From an uncultured Gammaproteobacteria bacterium (GTDB lineage Bacteria > Patescibacteriota > Microgenomatia > Curtissbacterales > GWA2-41-24): DNA of 29,524 nt. Shown one piece after another: positions 25,617 through 29,524 of the stretch. The position numbers and the translations under genes were made by a program. Position 1 is the first letter of the stretch. Every line of letters begins with the position of its first letter. The notes under the pieces were generated by a model. It worked only from the letters and a program-made list of their open reading frames with translations. It did not search any database and had not been told where the DNA came from. The DNA is taken from assembly GCA_964389935.1 (NCBI GenBank), contig CAYMGH010000003.1, positions 1 through 29,524 of the forward strand. The letters are read 5' to 3'.

Positions 25617-27053
25617 ATGAAAAAGATTGGCTTGCCAGTTTTAATTGTAACGATTGCTGTGATACTGAGATTGTGGATGCTTAATGGTGGAGATGTTACT
25701 GATGATGAAAAACATTACATAATAGACGCGCAGCGCCTTCTTAATAAAGATCCTTACATTGCTATAAGATACCACCCGTTTAGACATCCGGAACCAAGCA
25801 TAGGACACCCCTTTTTGTATCAGGAAGAACAGGCTATAATATTTAAGCTTTTAGGATTATCGGTTTATACTTCTCGACTCCCTAATGCCATCTCCGGGAT
25901 TGCTATAGTTATTGTTTTATTTTTATTTACAAAGCAGTTGGGCGGCAGAGTCGCAACTTTAGCGGCATTCTTCGCTGCAATACTTCCAATGGCTGTTAGG
26001 TACAGCAGAAATGCTCAACTTGATACCGTTTTTACGCTCTGGATTACAATATCTGCTCTTTCTATTTGGAGATATCTAAATGAGGGCAGAAAATATTGGC
26101 TTTTGATTGCCGGAGTCTCTGCTGCATTCACTATTTCTACAAAGCTGAACGGGGTTTATATAGTTCCAATGATTATTTTACTTTTGACTTTCGCAAGAGA
26201 TGTAAAGCTTTCAAAAAAATTTGTCGGAAAAGTCCTGGTCGAAGCATTATGGGTGGCAGTGCCTACAGCAATTATCTCATTTTTATTAAATGATCCTCTT
26301 GCATATTTGGATGGAATCATTCGCCCTTCCTTTGAGGCTTATAGTTTCTTTTCAAAAGAGTTTTTTACTCAGAGAATTCCTTTTCTTTTTTCATTTGGAT
26401 CTATATACCCATTTTTTAAAGCAAACTTTTTACTTTTGTCACCAGGATTTCTTTTTACCACAATTATAGCTTTATATTTTTTAATATTTAGAACAAAAAA
26501 TATTGTTCGCATATTTTTGCTTTTATGGATTTTGCCCTTTTTAAATTTATTTATTATTCATGGATTTCGCATGGATGGAGTGTATGGATGGATACCTTTA
26601 ATCCCTCCTGTAATCTTGGCCGTTTCTTACTGGATAAATCATTTACAGAGGAAATACGAAAACTTGCTTATCTTTGGAAAAATTATTTTTTTAATCCCAT
26701 TTCTGTTTTTGTACGGTTTGTCTTTTGCACCTTTACCTTTTAAGGATTTCCCTCTAAATCACAATAGGACCATTAAACAAAATTTCTATCAAGATATAGT
26801 TGAAAAGGTTAATGAAATAACGCCTAAAAATGGAAGAGCATTTTTTTTACCACAAGCATATTATCCTCTATATGCTTTGAGAACTGACATTTCATGGGCT
26901 TACTATGGGGATTTGGCGAATTTTGATGTATTAATTGTTGATAACCCTATCCACCTATTGTTGGTCAAGGACAAAATAAAATTCTTGGAAAGTCATGTCG
27001 CTTCTCAAGATGGTGAGAAACTAACTCGATACATTTTTGTCCGCAAATTGTAG
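25617..27053 (+). CDS. GT-C fold (ArnT/PMT-like) glycosyltransferase
   Basis: 478 aa; LRLW..VTDDEKHY, GHPFLY, SRLPNA, SRNAQLD, STKLNG; many TM segments. Confidence 0.75.
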   Translation: MKKIGLPVLIVTIAVILRLWMLNGGDVTDDEKHYIIDAQRLLNKDPYIAIRYHPFRHPEPSIGHPFLYQEEQAIIFKLLGLSVYTSRLPNAISGIAIVIVLFLFTKQLGGRVATLAAFFAAILPMAVRYSRNAQLDTVFTLWITISALSIWRYLNEGRKYWLLIAGVSAAFTISTKLNGVYIVPMIILLLTFARDVKLSKKFVGKVLVEALWVAVPTAIISFLLNDPLAYLDGIIRPSFEAYSFFSKEFFTQRIPFLFSFGSIYPFFKANFLLLSPGFLFTTIIALYFLIFRTKNIVRIFLLLWILPFLNLFIIHGFRMDGVYGWIPLIPPVILAVSYWINHLQRKYENLLIFGKIIFLIPFLFLYGLSFAPLPFKDFPLNHNRTIKQNFYQDIVEKVNEITPKNGRAFFLPQAYYPLYALRTDISWAYYGDLANFDVLIVDNPIHLLLVKDKIKFLESHVASQDGEKLTRYIFVRKL

Positions 27054-27082
27054 ATTATGCCCGACTTTAAATTTGTGCTAAT

Positions 27083-28465
27083 TTAGACAGACTTATTTTT
27101 CTTTAACTCAAAAGCTTTAAAGATCAAAATTGGCAGAGATAATAGGACGAGAGGGATATAACTTATTCCCCAGTAGTCATCGTATGGCGGTGTGCCAATC
27201 TTTAGTATTGCCAGGGCCATGCTGAGTGGAACAAGAGATATTACAACAATTGGGAAAGAAATGGTTTTTCTGATGACGAATGTCAAAGTTAAGGTAACTA
27301 ATGCGGCAAAACTTAAGAGGAAGGGTCTAAAATTAAAAACCAAGTATTCCCACGATGCGTAAGATAGAGTCTGCAGAAGAAAGAAGGTGCTCAATGGGTG
27401 ATCTCTGGGTTGAAGAGATTCTAAACTAACTCCAGTGTATCTTGAAACTTGAAAATAATGGAGTGACCAAAATATAAGAAAGGCTAGAAGAGCCGCAAGT
27501 AATTTCAAAGCTGCCTTGAAATTACTATACAAAATTAGCAGAAGTAAGATAGTAAGGAGGGGTATAACAAATATTTCTCTAATTGTTATTGATAACAAGA
27601 AAAAAAGTGAGGAAAAGTTGTAATTTTTCTTTAACAATGAGTATATCCCAAACGTAAAAAAAATTAATCCCCACCATTCTATTTCCAAAAATGCAACGTC
27701 TCGAGCAGCAAAATGGAAATAAGGGAATACTAGATACACTGATAATACAGCGAGAAAAGAAGGAAGAAAAATTTCTGCTAATTTAAACGATATGAAGAAA
27801 AATCCAAGTGAAAGAGCTATAAATAGCCAGTAAGATGTTGGACCAGCTGTGCCTGGTAAGAATGCCCAAATATAAGCAAATGTAGGTAAACGCCAACCCC
27901 AAACCTGCATCGGAATTGTAAATTTTCTTCCATCTTCCGTAATAGCCTTCTCGAAGGCCGAATAGTAGTTTTTCCCACTTTCTACTAAATAAGCAACTTT
28001 TAAGAAGGATAGTTGATCGTTAAAATAAGTTCTTGGTTTTGGCTCAGCTGAAATTACCTCACGGAGCTTACTGCTGTTTGTGAAGGATGTCACAATGAAT
28101 GCGGACAGTATTGATAGAACGAGTAATTTACTTGCATCGAACCTTCTAAAGATAGCCGTTATCAGAAGGGCCGACACAAAGGAATAAATAGGGATCATGA
28201 ACTCTCGTTTTTGATGAACAAAAATTGTTACGAATAAGAATAGAGAAATAACGTAGATTAAAATAAGCATTATAGCTTCCTTTGTTTTTAACCCTCTTAG
28301 GAAAAGAAGCAGTATATTGGTTAGAAAAAGAGCAAAGGTGAAAACAGAAAAGAAATAATCCAGTTTGCTTGCCGGGTTAAGTGATCCTAAAATTAATAAT
28401 GAGGATACAATCGCAAAATTGAGAATATTATTTATCGAAGGAACCTTCAAATTCGTTTTGTCCAT
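27083..28465 (-). CDS. Multi-pass membrane protein, putative GT-C-like
   Basis: 460 aa, mostly hydrophobic; a loop with YFNDQLSFL and WGWRLPTF; IREIF; DDYWG near the C-terminus. Confidence 0.45.
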   Translation of the reverse strand: MDKTNLKVPSINNILNFAIVSSLLILGSLNPASKLDYFFSVFTFALFLTNILLLFLRGLKTKEAIMLILIYVISLFLFVTIFVHQKREFMIPIYSFVSALLITAIFRRFDASKLLVLSILSAFIVTSFTNSSKLREVISAEPKPRTYFNDQLSFLKVAYLVESGKNYYSAFEKAITEDGRKFTIPMQVWGWRLPTFAYIWAFLPGTAGPTSYWLFIALSLGFFFISFKLAEIFLPSFLAVLSVYLVFPYFHFAARDVAFLEIEWWGLIFFTFGIYSLLKKNYNFSSLFFLLSITIREIFVIPLLTILLLLILYSNFKAALKLLAALLAFLIFWSLHYFQVSRYTGVSLESLQPRDHPLSTFFLLQTLSYASWEYLVFNFRPFLLSFAALVTLTLTFVIRKTISFPIVVISLVPLSMALAILKIGTPPYDDYWGISYIPLVLLSLPILIFKAFELKKNKSV

Positions 28466-28492
28466 ATACGTTAAGAATCGGAATTTTAAATA

Positions 28493-29524
28493 TTAATTTT
28501 TTGATGAGAGAACCCTCATATACAGACCATAAGTTTTATCTGAGATTTTGTCCCAAGAATAATTTTGCTGACTGATTTCCTGTGCTTGCTTTTCCATTGA
28601 TTTGTGTTTTCGAAGTGCTTCTTTGATTCCTTCTGATAAGCTTTTGATATTATCGGGTTCTGTTAAAACTCCGTTTATGTGATTTTTAATCATCCCAGAA
28701 AGATCACCCACATCTGTTGCTACCACAGGAAGTCCCGCCGCCTGAGCTTCAAGTACAGTGATGGGTTGGCCTTCAGAAGAAGAGCAAAGAACAAAAACGT
28801 GGGAGCTTTTGTATTCTCGAATTAAATCGTCGCCGATTTTTTTACCAACAAACCTAATGTGTTTTACAATGTTTAGTTGTTTTGTTAGTTTTTTCAAATT
28901 TTTTTCTTCATTACCATATCCCACAAGTGTCAATTTAGCTTCAGGCACTTCTTGAATAACATTTTTCATTGCTATGATTAGATCGTCCACTCTTTTGATA
29001 GGGTCAAACCTTCCAACCCAAAGTATTTTGGGATATGTTGCTTTCTTAACATTTATCTTGACGAACTTGTCAATATCGATTCCGTTCGGAATCACTTCTA
29101 TGTTTTTATTAACGTTTTTTATTTTTTTAAATGCCTCCGTTACAGAAATCACAGCATCGTATTTAACCTTTGTGAGAATAAACCACTCCAAAATTCTTGA
29201 GGGTGTTAATTGCCACCTATTTTCAAAAAGCCTGGTTCCGTGAACAGTGATTAGAATAGGAATGCCTTTGACTTTACTAGCTATTTTTGCGAATAGTGCA
29301 GGTAGAAAGGGATGAACATGAATAAGATCATACTGACTGTTCACAATAAAAGGAATTAACCTTAATGAAAAAATTATTTTTGATAAAGCACTTTCTGGTT
29401 TAGCTTTTGAGCCAAGTTTGATGATATGCAAATATTTATATTGTTTTAAATTATCCTTACCATTTTCTCTAGTGAGAATATCAATTTGAAGATTTTTAGT
29501 TGACAGTCTTTTTGAAATTTCCCA
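28493..29524 (-). CDS. GT4 glycosyltransferase (5' end outside the window)
   Basis: The frame stays open to the window end (WEISKRLSTKNLQIDILTRE...), upstream of the track start at 29431. IPNGID, WVGRFDPIKR, SSEGQPITVLEAQAAG. Confidence 0.85.
   Translation of the reverse strand, partial: WEISKRLSTKNLQIDILTRENGKDNLKQYKYLHIIKLGSKAKPESALSKIIFSLRLIPFIVNSQYDLIHVHPFLPALFAKIASKVKGIPILITVHGTRLFENRWQLTPSRILEWFILTKVKYDAVISVTEAFKKIKNVNKNIEVIPNGIDIDKFVKINVKKATYPKILWVGRFDPIKRVDDLIIAMKNVIQEVPEAKLTLVGYGNEEKNLKKLTKQLNIVKHIRFVGKKIGDDLIREYKSSHVFVLCSSSEGQPITVLEAQAAGLPVVATDVGDLSGMIKNHINGVLTEPDNIKSLSEGIKEALRKHKSMEKQAQEISQQNYSWDKISDKTYGLYMRVLSSKN

Noticed and set aside
164-29243. Short ORF-track entries antisense or out of frame to the long genes (e.g. 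164-388, 1143-1328, 1325-1528, 2856-3128, 3537-3815, 6400-6627, 7348-7575, 8103-8291, 13157-13342, 14345-14662, 15140-15322, 18568-18777, 19995-20318, 20507-20842, 20954-21178, 22270-22512, 24944-25234, 26096-26293, 26525-26743, 28758-28955, 28974-29243)
   Set aside because: All overlap well-supported CDSs almost completely, lack recognisable motifs, and have the composition expected of shadow frames.
29429-29431. ORF-track start (TTG) of the last GT4
   Set aside because: The frame is open to base 29524 with typical GT4 N-terminal sequence, so the gene is truncated by the window.
1-29524. Invertible (shufflon-like) segments, mobile elements, CRISPR arrays, tRNA/rRNA or prophage as an explanation for the strand switching
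   Set aside because: No recombinase/transposase, terminal repeats, spaced direct repeats or structural-RNA signatures were seen, and no intergenic gap exceeds about 90 bp.
1-29524. Alternative genetic code 25 (TGA=Gly)
   Set aside because: TGA terminates several genes at ATGA/GTGA overlaps (e.g. 6057, 6923, 15305, 21609), and long ORFs are complete under code 11.

Overview
An AT-rich (roughly one-third GC by eye), very densely coding 29.5-kb window that uses the standard bacterial genetic code (TGA is a stop). It lies entirely within one large surface-glycan/glycosylation locus: 27 supported CDSs, the first and last cut by the window edges. Contents: four SDR epimerases/dehydratases, two DegT-fold PLP enzymes (one with His in place of the catalytic Lys, ColD/E1-type), a short UDP-glucose-dehydrogenase-like protein lacking the C-terminal domain, a cupin, a Zn-finger sugar C-methyltransferase, three other SAM methyltransferases, an ATP-grasp/HAD pair, five GT4, two GT2, one CgeB-type GT, one Wzx-type flippase and five 460-520 aa multi-pass GT-C-like (ArnT/PMT-type) proteins. 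The genes form 8 alternating-strand blocks with three short divergent promoter regions. No rRNA, tRNA, CRISPR, transposase, integrase or phage genes were seen. The gene content and composition resemble CPR/Patescibacteria loci, but this is inference only, as the window has no marker gene. The most interesting candidate system is a lipid-carrier-dependent glycan decoration module: ColD-like dehydratase, GDP-fucose-synthase-like SDR, polyprenyl-phosphate GT2, GT-C, methyltransferase and flippase. All annotations come from motif recognition by eye; no database search was run.
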